Positions 29,480-39,704 of a stretch of 64,000 bases of DNA are shown one piece after another; within the stretch, counting starts at the first letter, position 1, and every line of letters starts with the position of its first letter. Made by a program: the position numbers and the translations under genes. The stretch is from Armatimonadota bacterium (GTDB lineage Bacteria; Armatimonadota; HRBIN16), in assembly GCA_963677485.1 (NCBI GenBank), contig OY781964.1, positions 4,096,001 to 4,160,000 on the forward strand. Direction: 5' to 3'. The notes under the pieces are model-generated. The model did not search any database and was not told the DNA's origin. It saw only the letters and a list, made by a program, of their open reading frames with translations.

Positions 29480-30699
29480 TGGACACAACACAACAGACTA
29501 TAATGCAAAGTGCAGAGACTATAAGCCAGAGTTTGCGTGAGAACGCCTGGATGACCGAACAGCGGGCCCAGCAGGCAGAGCTGTTCAGCAGCCTGTCGCA
29601 GCCCACCCGGAGCGACGAGGGCTGGCGGCGTGCCGATATCAGCGACCTTAACCTGAACGCGTTGGCTGAGCAGCCAAATGAGTTTGAGGCCAGCTTTGGC
29701 GATGAGTGCAATACCGCACGTGAACGCGGCGTGTTTCTGGGCAGCGTGGCCACGGCGGTGGGCCATCACCCGGAAATGATGCGCGGACTTTTTGCACAGA
29801 TTCAAGATGACGACGTGTTCTTGAAACTCACCAGCATGGCGCGGGCACTGTATGGCAAGGGCAGCGCGGTGGTGGTACCCGAAGGGTATGACGCACCCAC
29901 GCCGATCCGTATGCTCAGCCATCAGGCGGGTGCCGTCGGGTTCACAAGGAACCTGGTGGTGCTTCAGCCGCACAGCCGCTTATTGGTGGTAGACGACCAG
30001 AACAGCCCAGATGGTGTGGACGCCTTCCATTCCGGTGTCACTGATCTGTTCGTGGGAGAGGGCGCGGAGCTGGTCTACGTGCAGTTCCAGCGTTGGGGAC
30101 ACGGCATGAGGGCCTTCCAGCATCAGCGCGCCGTGCTGTCCAAGGATGCCAGCCTGACCACCATCACGGTGGCACTGGGCGGTAAGCAGCACAAAGCGCA
30201 GGTGGAAAGCGCGTTGTCGGCACCAGGTGCCAGCAGCAACATGCTCGGGCTGGTGTTTGGGAACCAGAAACAACAGTTTGACATCCGCACCGTGCTGCGG
30301 CATATCTCGGCTGACACGCAGAGCGATCTGCTGTTCAAGAGCGCGCTGGAGGACGAGGCCTATTCCGTCTACTCGGGCTTGATCCGCATCGACTTCGGTG
30401 CGCAGCGCACGAATGCGTACCAGAAGAACGAGAACCTGCTGTTAAGCAGCAAGGCCCATGCAGAGGCATTGCCTGACCTGGAAATCCTGGCAGACGATGT
30501 GAAGTGCTCGCACGGCGCCACCATCTCTCCTGTGGATGATGAGATGCTGTTCTACCTGGCCAGCCGAGGCATGGACAAACGGTCGGCGGAGCGCTTGATT
30601 GTGGAGGGCTTCTTCCGGCCGGTCATCGACCGGATCATCAGCGAAGAAATGCAGGACATCGTGACCAACGAGTTGAATACCAAAATCCGACACCAATAA
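29479..30699 (+). CDS. sufD: Fe-S assembly protein SufD
   Basis: PDLEILADDVKCSHGAT, LFYLASRG; position in the operon. Confidence 0.93.
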   Translation: MDTTQQTIMQSAETISQSLRENAWMTEQRAQQAELFSSLSQPTRSDEGWRRADISDLNLNALAEQPNEFEASFGDECNTARERGVFLGSVATAVGHHPEMMRGLFAQIQDDDVFLKLTSMARALYGKGSAVVVPEGYDAPTPIRMLSHQAGAVGFTRNLVVLQPHSRLLVVDDQNSPDGVDAFHSGVTDLFVGEGAELVYVQFQRWGHGMRAFQHQRAVLSKDASLTTITVALGGKQHKAQVESALSAPGASSNMLGLVFGNQKQQFDIRTVLRHISADTQSDLLFKSALEDEAYSVYSGLIRIDFGAQRTNAYQKNENLLLSSKAHAEALPDLEILADDVKCSHGATISPVDDEMLFYLASRGMDKRSAERLIVEGFFRPVIDRIISEEMQDIVTNELNTKIRHQ

Positions 30700-30717
30700 T
30701 CATCAAGGATCAAACAC

Positions 30718-31026
30718 ATGAAATATCTATTGCAGGCATCAAACGACATAGAGAAAGGCTCCACCAAGGTGTTCGTGGTGGCTGGTCGGCGCATTCTTCT
30801 GGCACATACCAAAGAGGGCGAATATTACGCCGTGGACGATCTGTGCTCACATGATGGCGCCGCGCTGGATACCGGCGAGCTTTACGGCTATGAGGTGGAG
30901 TGCCCGCGCCATGGTGCCTGCTTTGATATCCGCAGCGGCAAAGTACTGACCCTGCCCGCCACCGAAGACATCACCAGCTACCCTGTGACGGTGGATGATG
31001 CCGGAATCAGCGTGGAGATCAACTGA
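30718..31026 (+). CDS. Rieske-type ferredoxin
   Basis: CSH...CPRHG Rieske motifs. Confidence 0.92.
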   Translation: MKYLLQASNDIEKGSTKVFVVAGRRILLAHTKEGEYYAVDDLCSHDGAALDTGELYGYEVECPRHGACFDIRSGKVLTLPATEDITSYPVTVDDAGISVEIN

Positions 31027-31029
31027 CCA

Positions 31030-32268
31030 ATGAACAGTGACTGGGCGAAAATACGAGCGGATTTCCCGATACTCAAGCGCGAGTTCTACGGCAAGCGGCT
31101 GGTCTACCTCGACTCGGCGGCGACCTCTCAGAAGCCGCGCCAGGTGATCGAGGCGCTGACCAGCTACTATAACAACAGCAATGCGAATGTTCACCGTTCT
31201 TTATACTCGCTGGCTGCGGAGGCCACGGAGCTTTACGAAAGCTCGCGCCTAAAACTCAGCCAGTTTCTGAATGCACCCTCTGTGGAGGGCGTGGTGTTTG
31301 TGAGGAACACCACCGAGGCGATCAACCTGGTGGCCAGGAGCTGGAGTGAGGCGAACCTGAAACCCGGCGACTTGATCGTGTTGACGGAGATGGACCACCA
31401 CAGCAACATCGTCCCCTGGCAGCTTGCCGCCAAACGCCACGGAGCAACTTTGCATTACGTGCCGTTTGGTGCGGATGGTCTGTTGGACCTGGATGACTAC
31501 CGCGCCGCACTGGCCAGAGGGCCGAAGATGGTGGCCTTCACGCACGTCAGCAACGCGCTGGGCACCATCAACCCGGTGCAGCAGATGACCGAGTGGGCCC
31601 ATCAGGCCGGAGCCACCGTGCTGGTAGACGGCGCGCAGTCGGCACCTCATATGCCTGTAGATATCAAGGCGATCGGCTGCGACTTCTACGCCATCAGCGG
31701 ACACAAGATGCTGGGCCCGATGGGCATTGGCGCACTCATCGCCAAGCCGGAACAGCTACAGAAGATGCCACCCTTCCTGGGCGGCGGCAGTATGATCAAT
31801 CGAGTCGAGCGTGAATACAGCACATGGGCAGAGATACCCAACAAGTTTGAGGCAGGCACGCCCAACTGTGCCGACGTGGTGGCGCTGGGAGCGGCCATCG
31901 ACTACCTTCAGGAGATCGGCATGGAGCAGGTGGCGCAGCACTCGCAGAAACTGGCTCAGCTAGCCATGGAGATGCTTCTGGCGGAGGGTGACATCGATCT
32001 GTTTGGCCCTGGTCCTGGTGTGGACAGAGGCGGGCTGATCAGTTTTAACTTCAAGCATGTACACCCACACGATGTGAGTCAGCTTCTGGACAGCGAAGCG
32101 GTGGCCGTAAGAGCAGGGCACCACTGCTGTCAGTTGGCCATGCGCAAGCTGGACGTGGCCGCCACCGTGCGCGCCAGCTTCTACATTTATAACAATGAAG
32201 AGGACATCAAAGCTCTTCAGCATAGCCTGCAAGCAGTCAGAAAGGTATTTGGCACCTACAATGGATGA
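31030..32268 (+). CDS. sufS: Cysteine desulfurase SufS
   Basis: YLDSAATSQKP, HHSNIVPWQ, SGHKM, FEAGTP, RAGHHC. Confidence 0.96.
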   Translation: MNSDWAKIRADFPILKREFYGKRLVYLDSAATSQKPRQVIEALTSYYNNSNANVHRSLYSLAAEATELYESSRLKLSQFLNAPSVEGVVFVRNTTEAINLVARSWSEANLKPGDLIVLTEMDHHSNIVPWQLAAKRHGATLHYVPFGADGLLDLDDYRAALARGPKMVAFTHVSNALGTINPVQQMTEWAHQAGATVLVDGAQSAPHMPVDIKAIGCDFYAISGHKMLGPMGIGALIAKPEQLQKMPPFLGGGSMINRVEREYSTWAEIPNKFEAGTPNCADVVALGAAIDYLQEIGMEQVAQHSQKLAQLAMEMLLAEGDIDLFGPGPGVDRGGLISFNFKHVHPHDVSQLLDSEAVAVRAGHHCCQLAMRKLDVAATVRASFYIYNNEEDIKALQHSLQAVRKVFGTYNG

Positions 32269-32689
32269 AGGACTTTATCGAGAGATCATTCTCGATCACT
32301 ATCAAAACCCGCGCCACAAAGGCTGTTGCAACACGGCCAACTGCAAGGCGCATGGTCATAACCCGCTCTGCGGCGATGACATCACCATCACGGCGCATCT
32401 GGAAGCAGGCAAGGTGAAGTGCCTCTGCTTTGACGGCAAGGGCTGCTCGATCAGCCAGAGCTCCGCCAGCATGATGACCGAGGCTGTGATCGGGCTGTCG
32501 ATCGAAGAGGCCAAGCATGAGATCAAGAAGATCAAGGCGATGTTCAAAGGCGAGGCGCATGAGGCCATTGACGAGGACAGCGACTTAGCCACTCTGGAGG
32601 GCGTGAAGCAGTTCCCTGTGCGTATTAAGTGCGCACTGCTGCCTTGGACCACCCTAGAAGAAGCATTGGAGGAACCCAGTGAAGCTTGA
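32261..32689 (+). CDS. sufU: SufU (NifU/IscU-like) sulfur-transfer protein
   Basis: LYREIILDHYQNP, NPLCGD, GCSISQSSAS, RIKCALL. Confidence 0.93.
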   Translation: MDEGLYREIILDHYQNPRHKGCCNTANCKAHGHNPLCGDDITITAHLEAGKVKCLCFDGKGCSISQSSASMMTEAVIGLSIEEAKHEIKKIKAMFKGEAHEAIDEDSDLATLEGVKQFPVRIKCALLPWTTLEEALEEPSEA

Positions 32690-32996
32690 TGAACAGCAAC
32701 TCGAAATCTGCCGCGAAACTCTGAAGAACGTGGTCGACCCTGAGCTGGCGATCGACATCGTAAACCTGGGTCTGGTGTACGGTGTGGACAGCGATGAGGA
32801 TGGCAAAGTGCTGGTGACCATGACTCTGACCAGCCCTGGATGCCCTCTGGCACCCGAGATCGAAGCTGATGTGCGCATGTACCTGAAGGAGCTGCCTTTT
32901 GTCACCGACGCCATGGTGAACTGGACCTGGAGTCCGCGCTGGGACCCTGAGACGATGGCCTCCGAAGACGCCCGCCTGGATCTGGGCCTCTGGTAG
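32679..32996 (+). CDS. sufT: DUF59/MIP18 Fe-S maturation protein
   Basis: VVDPEL, IVNLGLVY, MTLTSPGCP. Confidence 0.88.
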   Translation: MKLDEQQLEICRETLKNVVDPELAIDIVNLGLVYGVDSDEDGKVLVTMTLTSPGCPLAPEIEADVRMYLKELPFVTDAMVNWTWSPRWDPETMASEDARLDLGLW

Positions 32997-33067
32997 TCAC
33001 CGTGTGTTCGTGCGGCGTCGGGTGGCAGGATTGAGGCGAATGCGGTAAAATATTGCGGGACACATCG

Positions 33068-33144
33068 CGGGGTGTAGCTCAGCTTGGTAGAGCGCTTGCT
33101 TTGGGAGCAAGATGTCGCAGGTTCGAATCCTGTCACCCCGACCA
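33068..33144 (+). tRNA. tRNA-Pro (TGG)
   Basis: CGGGGTGTAGCTCAGCTTGGTAGAGCGCTTGCTTTGGGAGCAAGATGTCGCAGGTTCGAATCCTGTCACCCCGACCA. Confidence 0.96.
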
Positions 33145-33204
33145 CCACTTGTCCCAACTCCACAGTTTTTCTTCACAGATCATCCGCTTGTATGCATCAC
33201 CCGG

Positions 33205-33290
33205 AGAGGGAAATTCTCACGCGAAGACGCGAAGGCGCGAAGAGGGAGAGGGATTCTGTCACGCGGAGCCGAAGAGTGCGCGGAGGGATA
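33205..33290 (+). repeat. CGCGAAG(A/G) tandem repeat array at the left edge of the island
   Basis: CTCACGCGAAGACGCGAAGGCGCGAAG, the same array and orientation as left of tnpA. Confidence 0.7.
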
Positions 33291-33316
33291 GCCTGGACCT
33301 CTAAAGTCACATCCTG

Positions 33317-33952
33317 CTATTTAAAATCTATAGCTATACACTTCCAAGAATCATCTGCCTTATCCTCTTCCAACAAGCATGTAAAACTTTTCCGAAGAGT
33401 GGCCCCGAAGGCATTTTGCGAATCAAAATATCCAAAAACGCTATACTGATTTTCCGTCAACTGCTCGATTTTCACACCTTCGGCACCGGAGTTCGGAAAT
33501 ACTGCAGAAGTCGGCGACACTAGTTTTTTCTTCACAAACTCACATGCACATACCCATACTTCCGATGAGTTGAATTGTTGCTGACTAGATGCCGTAGTGG
33601 AACTTGAATCTTTTGGCTTATCTGAGTTGGTCATGCCTAGTATGAACACAATAATAACCCACACTAGAACGCTCAATGCCATTATATTGGTTTTCGTGGT
33701 AAATCGTCTGGACTGTCTGGCGGATTAACCAGGTATAGGACGTTGGTTTGCTTGTTTACCAGGAGAAACTGACGATTGTGTTCTTTGCGGTTGGCTACTG
33801 GCTTGTGCTGCTTGCTGACGCCGCTTCACCTCGTTGATGTCTGGTGCGCCAGGCCGCTGATATGGCTTGCAATAAGGGCAGTATACATCGGATTCCCGTA
33901 ATGAACGGCGGCAATTTACGCAATACACAGGATACGGGATTTTTGACGCCAT
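33317..33952 (-). pseudogene. Zinc-ribbon membrane protein interrupted by an in-frame TAA (paralog of 34050-34883)
   Basis: ORFs 33725-33952 and 33317-33682 are in the same frame, joined by TAA plus SARQSRRFTTKTNI. Both halves match the neighbouring gene. Confidence 0.8.
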
Positions 33953-34049
33953 TGTGACACCACCTCACATTCGACATGCCATAATAACAGTATTATACCT
34001 GTGTATTTACATTGAACGATCAGCATGATGATCGATCGGATATTAGATT

Positions 34050-34883
34050 CTATTCATCAAACTCAAAAGCGATTATTGTCCAATTATCACTGCTGATATT
34101 TTCTTTAAGGATACAGGTGAACCATGTTCTTAACATGGCACCGAATGAATTTTGCGAATCTACATACCCACGCACTGTATAGGAATCGGGTGAAATTTCG
34201 TTAACTACTACACCAGGTTCAGATGAATATGGAAATTGGGCAGAATGTGGTGATTTTAACTTGGCCCTGACATATTCGCACGTCATTACCCAGGCACCCG
34301 ATATATTGGCTACATGCTGAGGTGGCGCTGGTGGTGTCGGTGGAGTTTCACTCAACAACCATGGTGTGGGCTGTGGCTGTGTATTCACATTCGGCCTCGA
34401 ATTGATACCGCTAGGAGATCCAGCAGTATGAGTTTTATTAATCGATGAAGGTGTGTCAGATAAATATGAAGGACTAAACAATGCGATTAACACAATCACT
34501 CCTAGAACGCCCATTACTACATTCGAACAAGATATGCCAGACCGCACTGGTGGTATTTGCGCAGGCGCCTGCGGTACCTGTAGTCGTGCCTGTGGCGGCG
34601 GGGGTGTGATGATAGGCTCTTGTATAGGTTTCGCTTGTTGCGCTTGCTTGGCTGCTATTGCTTCTTGTTGCGTTTTCCAAGATACTGCTTGTTCATTTGG
34701 TGGTTGCGCTTGTTTAGCTCCTTGTGCTGCCTGCTGCGCTGTTTGCTGACGCCGCTTCACCTCGTTGATGTCTGGTGCGCCAGGCCGCTGATCTTGCTTG
34801 CAATAAGGGCAGTATACGTCGGATTCCCGCAATGAACGGCGGCAATTAACGCAATACACAGGATACGGATTTTGTGATTCCAT
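34050..34883 (-). CDS. Zinc-ribbon, Gln/Pro linker, TM and extracytoplasmic domain protein
   Basis: CVNC..CPYC N-terminus, one TM, C-terminal LKSPHSAQFP...VDSQNSFGAMLR domain; RBS GAGGTGG. Confidence 0.75.
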   Translation of the reverse strand: MESQNPYPVYCVNCRRSLRESDVYCPYCKQDQRPGAPDINEVKRRQQTAQQAAQGAKQAQPPNEQAVSWKTQQEAIAAKQAQQAKPIQEPIITPPPPQARLQVPQAPAQIPPVRSGISCSNVVMGVLGVIVLIALFSPSYLSDTPSSINKTHTAGSPSGINSRPNVNTQPQPTPWLLSETPPTPPAPPQHVANISGAWVMTCEYVRAKLKSPHSAQFPYSSEPGVVVNEISPDSYTVRGYVDSQNSFGAMLRTWFTCILKENISSDNWTIIAFEFDE

Positions 34884-35086
34884 AGTGATACCACCTCACT
34901 TTACAGATAGTATGCCCACGTTTGCTACAAAACGATAATACTACAAAGGTCACTTGCCCTTCTTTGTGGTTCGACCATTGGCCGGGCACGAGGACACCCG
35001 AACACTACGGTTGTTTACAAAACAACGCCGGAAATACACGGCAAAACAATATCGCCTCGGTCCTCTAGTTAGCTGCGATGAACCGG

Positions 35087-35887
35087 CTATTCATCTTGCA
35101 GTGAAACAACAGGCCCAATGGCCTGTGTTACTTCAGTATCATCTATCTTCGCTTTGTATGTCCATGCGGTTCCAGGACCTAACTAATCTATGCCTGCCGA
35201 GGTACGGCCCAACAAGCTGCCTGAGCTGTCATATAAGTCATACGTGATTTTAATATACGAAAAAGTTTTCTTTGAAGTGTTTTTGATTGTTCCAGCAATA
35301 AAACGGCTACTTCCTATGGTCTTTATATAACCCGGAGTAGCTATAAACCATATTGCAGGCTTTTTACGCTCAGTTGTTCGAGATCCTACACGCTCGAATG
35401 TTTCATCAGGCTGACCTTTTTTAATCCATTCCCACGGAGCTACTTGCTTACCGTGGTAGCCCCATAGTCCAGCCTTTACTGCCTGCGCTTTTTCTTGAAC
35501 TAGCTTATATTTCTCGCTGTTCGCCCAAGCATGGCCTTTTTCAACCATGATGGCGTTTATATCTTGGTCACCTAACTTTACATAACCTATGATAGAGTTC
35601 CAGCGGTCGCGACCTACTTCGTCCACAGTAATTTGCTTACCGTAGACCATAACACTCAGTGCTCTTGTTGAGATATTCTCGCAGAGTTGCCCAACTTCCG
35701 GTGCATCGATGCCGTATAGCGATACGTGCTCGGTCTTTCCATTTTGGCACTTTACCGTGATCGTGTTACCATCGGCTACCGCCGAAACTGTAGCTGTGAT
35801 TGGTGCCGATATACCGGGTAATGCCATCACAAATAGAACGGGTACGATTAGCCACATTGCGGAAACCGAGGCGTATATTCGGGACAT
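35087..35887 (-). pseudogene. Secreted thermonuclease (SNase) with FxLYD-like domain interrupted by an in-frame TAG at 35183-35185
   Basis: VADGNTI, LYGIDAPE, DRWNSII and MVEKGHAW are SNase-like motifs. YDLYDSSG...GID*LGPGTAWTYKA continues in frame to a stop at 35087. Confidence 0.7.
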
Positions 35888-36200
35888 GAGCGATTCTCCT
35901 TTTCAAGGCGCACTCAAGAATTGTTTTTATGATCAATCATGACTTATTCCTGTCTGTTAGCCCAGAATGTGTTCGTGTAATGACATTAGTATACCCACAT
36001 TTCTGCAGAAACGATCAGCATATTTCGTTATTTTGTATATAACCGTATGATCTGTTAATTGACCCACAGTATCCGATGTTATTTCTAAGCCGATACAGCT
36101 ACGGATCAGCTATTCTTGAGCGTTTTAGCATGCCACTGAATATGGAGGCGTAAGTTGCGTATCTTTGCTCACATTGTGCAGGCGCCACACTATGCCTGTG

Positions 36201-37208
36201 CTACTTGCGTTTTGCTATGGCCTTCTGAAGCCTTGTGATGCTTCGTTGGATTGTTTCAATCTGTGGTTGTGTTGGCACAACTCCAGTACGTCCTTCAGCC
36301 ATAGCGATCAATAGATCCAAAGCCTTCTGCTTCTCACCCATCTTTTCGTAACACATACGAAGACGGTCAAGATGCTTATATGCCGATAGGTGATCAGTCA
36401 GTTCATACATAAAATACTGCGCACACTTGACGTAGTTCTCGATCTTCCAAAAGCTCATACCATCCTCACGACGTTTCGCAAGGCTGTTGTTGATAGCAAT
36501 ATCTAGTTTGCGCCACGTGTCATGATAATTGTTATATACAAGCCGCTCTGAAAGCTCTTTTAGTGGACCAATAGGTGTCCCACTGTATATTTCATCCTGC
36601 AGCCATAACACAAGCAGATTGGAATAGTCGAGGCAATTCATTGATCCTGGAAGAGGAGGCAGGTTTTGCATTCCAGTTCGATTCGATGGCTTACCGAAGT
36701 AGTAACCAATTTCAACACTCAAAGATAAATCAGGTTGTGTGAACACATCTCTACCTGTCAGCCCACGTAGTTTCATCTGATTAGATACAAGAATCAAATG
36801 TGTGCCAAGTCCAGGGAACTTGCCATAGTTGAGGTGGAACATTGCGTCAGAAGCGCTGTAACCTTCAGGCTTATGCGGAATGATCTGAACGGTGGCTTGC
36901 GGGGGTATAGGCACGTTGTGCGATCCGACATTCGTCTCTTTGGTAGCAAGGTAGTAGATAACCACACCAAATGCAAGCAACCATAGTAGATATGTATAAA
37001 CTGTGCCTGCAATAATAACCAGCCCGATCGCACCACCTATAAGCACTTTGCGTATGGTGGGATCATCAAGCGGATTAATCTGCACTGGCTTTGCTGTCTG
37101 GCGAACTTCACCGCTGGCACTCCGTCCGCATCTGATGCAGTATTGTGATGATGCCGGCTGAAGGCTGCCACAGTGTAGGCAGGTGCGCATAGGATTAGGT
37201 GTGGGCAT
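36201..37208 (-). CDS. Zinc-ribbon membrane protein with helical C-terminal domain
   Basis: CLHC..CIRC N-terminus, hydrophobic hairpin and helical TPR-like C-terminus. Confidence 0.65.
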   Translation of the reverse strand: MPTPNPMRTCLHCGSLQPASSQYCIRCGRSASGEVRQTAKPVQINPLDDPTIRKVLIGGAIGLVIIAGTVYTYLLWLLAFGVVIYYLATKETNVGSHNVPIPPQATVQIIPHKPEGYSASDAMFHLNYGKFPGLGTHLILVSNQMKLRGLTGRDVFTQPDLSLSVEIGYYFGKPSNRTGMQNLPPLPGSMNCLDYSNLLVLWLQDEIYSGTPIGPLKELSERLVYNNYHDTWRKLDIAINNSLAKRREDGMSFWKIENYVKCAQYFMYELTDHLSAYKHLDRLRMCYEKMGEKQKALDLLIAMAEGRTGVVPTQPQIETIQRSITRLQKAIAKRK

Positions 37209-37420
37209 ATCGGAATCCTCGAGCCACAGAGATTAGTTACAGCGTTACGTTCACTGTAAGTATTCCGATATCCTTCTTTTTGCTTTGGTTTTCTGCAGCC
37301 GAAGGTTAGTTACACATCTTGCTCGATTAACATCGTTGCACATTCCGATGTATTACGCATAACGGCGTTATTAGTCTGTAGAAGAACCCATTCTCTTCAC
37401 CATACCCAGCAAATCGGCGG

Positions 37421-37587
37421 TCATCCAATATGCTCGCCGTAGAATATACCCGGTCTGCCTACCGCCTCGATAACCGCCCGTAACCAGATGACGATACCTG
37501 CCATGCCACCAATAGCAACACTAGTACCAATCCGAGCTTAAACTTCCAGCTACCATACCTTTAGGTGTAAATCCAACGATAGTGACC
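37421..37587 (-). pseudogene. Truncated remnant of a TM2-like gene (paralog of 39767-40279)
   Basis: Translates GHYRWIYT*RYGSWKFKLGLVL, then after a frameshift SVAIGGMAGIVIWLRAVIEAVGRPGIFY; the paralog reads GHFTWIYTYRYDSWKFWLGLVLSV...WAVIETVGRPDSFY. Confidence 0.8.
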
Positions 37588-37656
37588 GCATCTCTCCATC
37601 CGAACCTGTCCGTGCCATCCGTGTAATCCGTGGTTCAGACAAAAAGCAGCTCAGAC
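37588..37656. repeat. 69-bp direct repeat, left of TA cassette
   Basis: 64/69 identical by eye to 38315-38383; contains GTAATCCGTGGTTCAGAC. Confidence 0.9.
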
Positions 37657-37668
37657 TATCTGCCAAAC

Positions 37669-37977
37669 TCAACTATGAGAGTCGCGGAAATCTTCTACCA
37701 AACGCGACAACCCGTCCATTCGCTGGTAGATATCTTTACGATGGCCTGCTCTGACGATCAGTACATACAACTCCTGCTGAATGACGGCATATACAATCCT
37801 GTAGTCACCTTGGCGGATACGGTAACAGTCATCCTGCCCTGCGATCTTGCGGCATCCAGCAGGCCGAGGGTCTTCCGCTAGACGGTCAATTTGCTCTGCG
37901 AGCTTGGCTTGTATCTCTTTTGGTAGCTTGGCAAAAGAATCCATGGCTTTGGCTGTAAACTCAATGCGGTAACTCAA
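37669..37977 (-). CDS. RelE/ParE-family toxin
   Basis: YRIEFT..A, PRPAGCRKI, YRIRQGDYRIVY, GHRKDIY. Confidence 0.92.
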   Translation of the reverse strand: MSYRIEFTAKAMDSFAKLPKEIQAKLAEQIDRLAEDPRPAGCRKIAGQDDCYRIRQGDYRIVYAVIQQELYVLIVRAGHRKDIYQRMDGLSRLVEDFRDSHS

Positions 37978-38240
37978 AGCCCTAGTTCCGATTTAACCTG
38001 CTCCCAGGGTAGTGTCTTACCTTCACGGATTTCGTTCAGCGTCGCCCGTATATCGTCAGAATCAATATCATCTTCAAGCCGATCGATGATCTTTTCCAGC
38101 AACATGAGATCTTCAAGAGGGATGATGGCTACCATCTTCTTTCCGTTGCGCGTGACCACCACCCGATCTTTCGAAAACGCCGTATGGCTCACTAGCTCGC
38201 TGAATGCGTTTCTCGCTTGTTCCGCCGTGATTGTCGTCAT
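37974..38240 (-). CDS. Phd/YefM-family antitoxin
   Basis: ITAEQARNAFSELV...VVVTRNGKKMVAII; overlaps the toxin start by 4 bp. Confidence 0.9.
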   Translation of the reverse strand: MTTITAEQARNAFSELVSHTAFSKDRVVVTRNGKKMVAIIPLEDLMLLEKIIDRLEDDIDSDDIRATLNEIREGKTLPWEQVKSELGL

Positions 38241-38263
38241 TTTGAAAACCTCCAAAACTTGCA

Positions 38264-38283
38264 GACTGTACAGTTATTGTACC
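38264..38283. promoter_or_regulatory. Putative TA operator
   Basis: Palindrome ACTGTACAGT plus a second TGTAC, as in YefM-type operators. Confidence 0.55.
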
Positions 38284-38314
38284 TGAGTTTAGATACCAAC
38301 CTTGCATCCAAACA

Positions 38315-38383
38315 GCACCTCTCCATCCGAACCCATCCGTGTCATGCGTGTAATCCGTGGTTCAGACAAAAAGCAGCTCAGAC
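38315..38383. repeat. 69-bp direct repeat, right of TA cassette
   Basis: Matches 37588-37656. Confidence 0.9.
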
Positions 38384-38541
38384 AACACGATGGCTGCTCT
38401 GACGGCCAAAAATACAAATCCTGATGCATGACTCCCATAGCGCAAGCTGCCGATGTATACTGAAACCGGTAAGTGCAGTGATCAGCAAAAGACAGGGTTA
38501 CCCGGTTCTGCATGGGTGATCTGGACAAAATAGGAGCTATC

Positions 38542-39186
38542 ATGGCGATAATTGGTATAAGCGGCAGCCCCACCCCCAACAGTAATGTAGATAGAATGGT
38601 CCAGATGCTGCTACACGAAAGCGGCAAGGAAACCAAGTTTGTAAAACTGAGCAAACTCAATTTCTTTCCCTGTCGGGGATGTGCCCATCTCTGTGCAGCT
38701 ACTGCCATGTGTGGTCAGAAAGATGATTTGCATCCCTTTCTCGCTGACATCAGAGATGCGGAAGCTTTGGTCATCGGAAGTCCCAGGCATCATGGCACGA
38801 TGACGGCCTCGACATATAGCTTTTTCTCACGTCTTTGGTGTTTTCTCCACGATAACTGTGTTATTTACCATAAACCTGTCGTTTTTGTCTCATCTGGTCT
38901 TTGTGATAAAGAACATGCTCGAGGGACCTTTGGTGCTTCATTGGTTCAAGAACATGAGTTCAATGTGTTGGGTGAAGTGTATTACCAGAGCTTTAATCCC
39001 CCATGTATTAAGTGTGGCAAAGGGAATACATGTATGAACCACGGAGGGCTTTGGAATCTGCTGGGTAGAAATGAAGAGGCACTTCGGAATTACGACCTAT
39101 CAGCTCATCACTTTACCCAGTTTGAAGAGGACCAGGAGACCATCGATGAGATTATAAGGTATGGAAAAATACTTTCAACCCTCTAA
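38542..39186 (+). CDS. Flavodoxin-like iron-sulfur flavoprotein
   Basis: GISGSP..SN, CRGCAHLC...C..KDD, GSP; extra CIKC..C. Confidence 0.85.
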   Translation: MAIIGISGSPTPNSNVDRMVQMLLHESGKETKFVKLSKLNFFPCRGCAHLCAATAMCGQKDDLHPFLADIRDAEALVIGSPRHHGTMTASTYSFFSRLWCFLHDNCVIYHKPVVFVSSGLCDKEHARGTFGASLVQEHEFNVLGEVYYQSFNPPCIKCGKGNTCMNHGGLWNLLGRNEEALRNYDLSAHHFTQFEEDQETIDEIIRYGKILSTL

Positions 39187-39230
39187 ATGCATCAAGAAAA
39201 GAAACTTATAGATGACGGGAGAGAGCAAAT

Positions 39231-39629
39231 ATGACTGCGCACAATGAAAACACTGATCCGCGCGGGGGCAAAAAGACCGTAATGTCTGTTCGACCCTGGG
39301 GAGATATCCATATGGTCGTGCGGAACCAGAAATGTTCCGTTGATCTGACTCACGTTAAGCCAGGGGAGAGGGCCAGTCTCCACTCCCACGCTGTGCGTAC
39401 TGAACTTTTTCACTTTATGGACGATGGGGCCTATTTGGAAATTGATGGTGAGATCACCAGGCCAAAAGCCCACGAAGAAGTACTCATCCTGCCGGGTATG
39501 CAGCACCGTTTCTGGGCGGAAAATATAGATTTTCGCATGTTGGTGGTCTGTTTCGGAGAGTGGACGGTAGAAGATCAGGTCCGTCATGAAGATGACTACG
39601 GCCGTGAAGGCACTAGGCTAGAGATCTAA
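39231..39629 (+). CDS. Cupin protein (mannose-6-phosphate isomerase type II C-terminal-like)
   Basis: RPWG, VKPGERASLHSH..RTE, HRF, EDQVRHEDDYGR. Confidence 0.8.
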   Translation: MTAHNENTDPRGGKKTVMSVRPWGDIHMVVRNQKCSVDLTHVKPGERASLHSHAVRTELFHFMDDGAYLEIDGEITRPKAHEEVLILPGMQHRFWAENIDFRMLVVCFGEWTVEDQVRHEDDYGREGTRLEI

Positions 39630-39704
39630 CCATAAAGATTTCGTGGGAGTGAACCAAGCAGAAGCAACCAAAACCTTACCCTCGCCATCCGCAAACCCCC
39701 GTAC

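Noticed and set aside
34453-34749. Cys-rich 98-aa ORF resembling a RiPP or metallothionein precursor
   Set aside because: It is the antisense shadow of Gln/Ala codons in 34050-34883, and no modification enzymes are nearby.
33725-35185. Genetic-code reassignment in the island
   Set aside because: The interruptions are of different kinds (TAA, TAG, frameshift), and TAG/TAA end normal genes elsewhere; decay explains them better.
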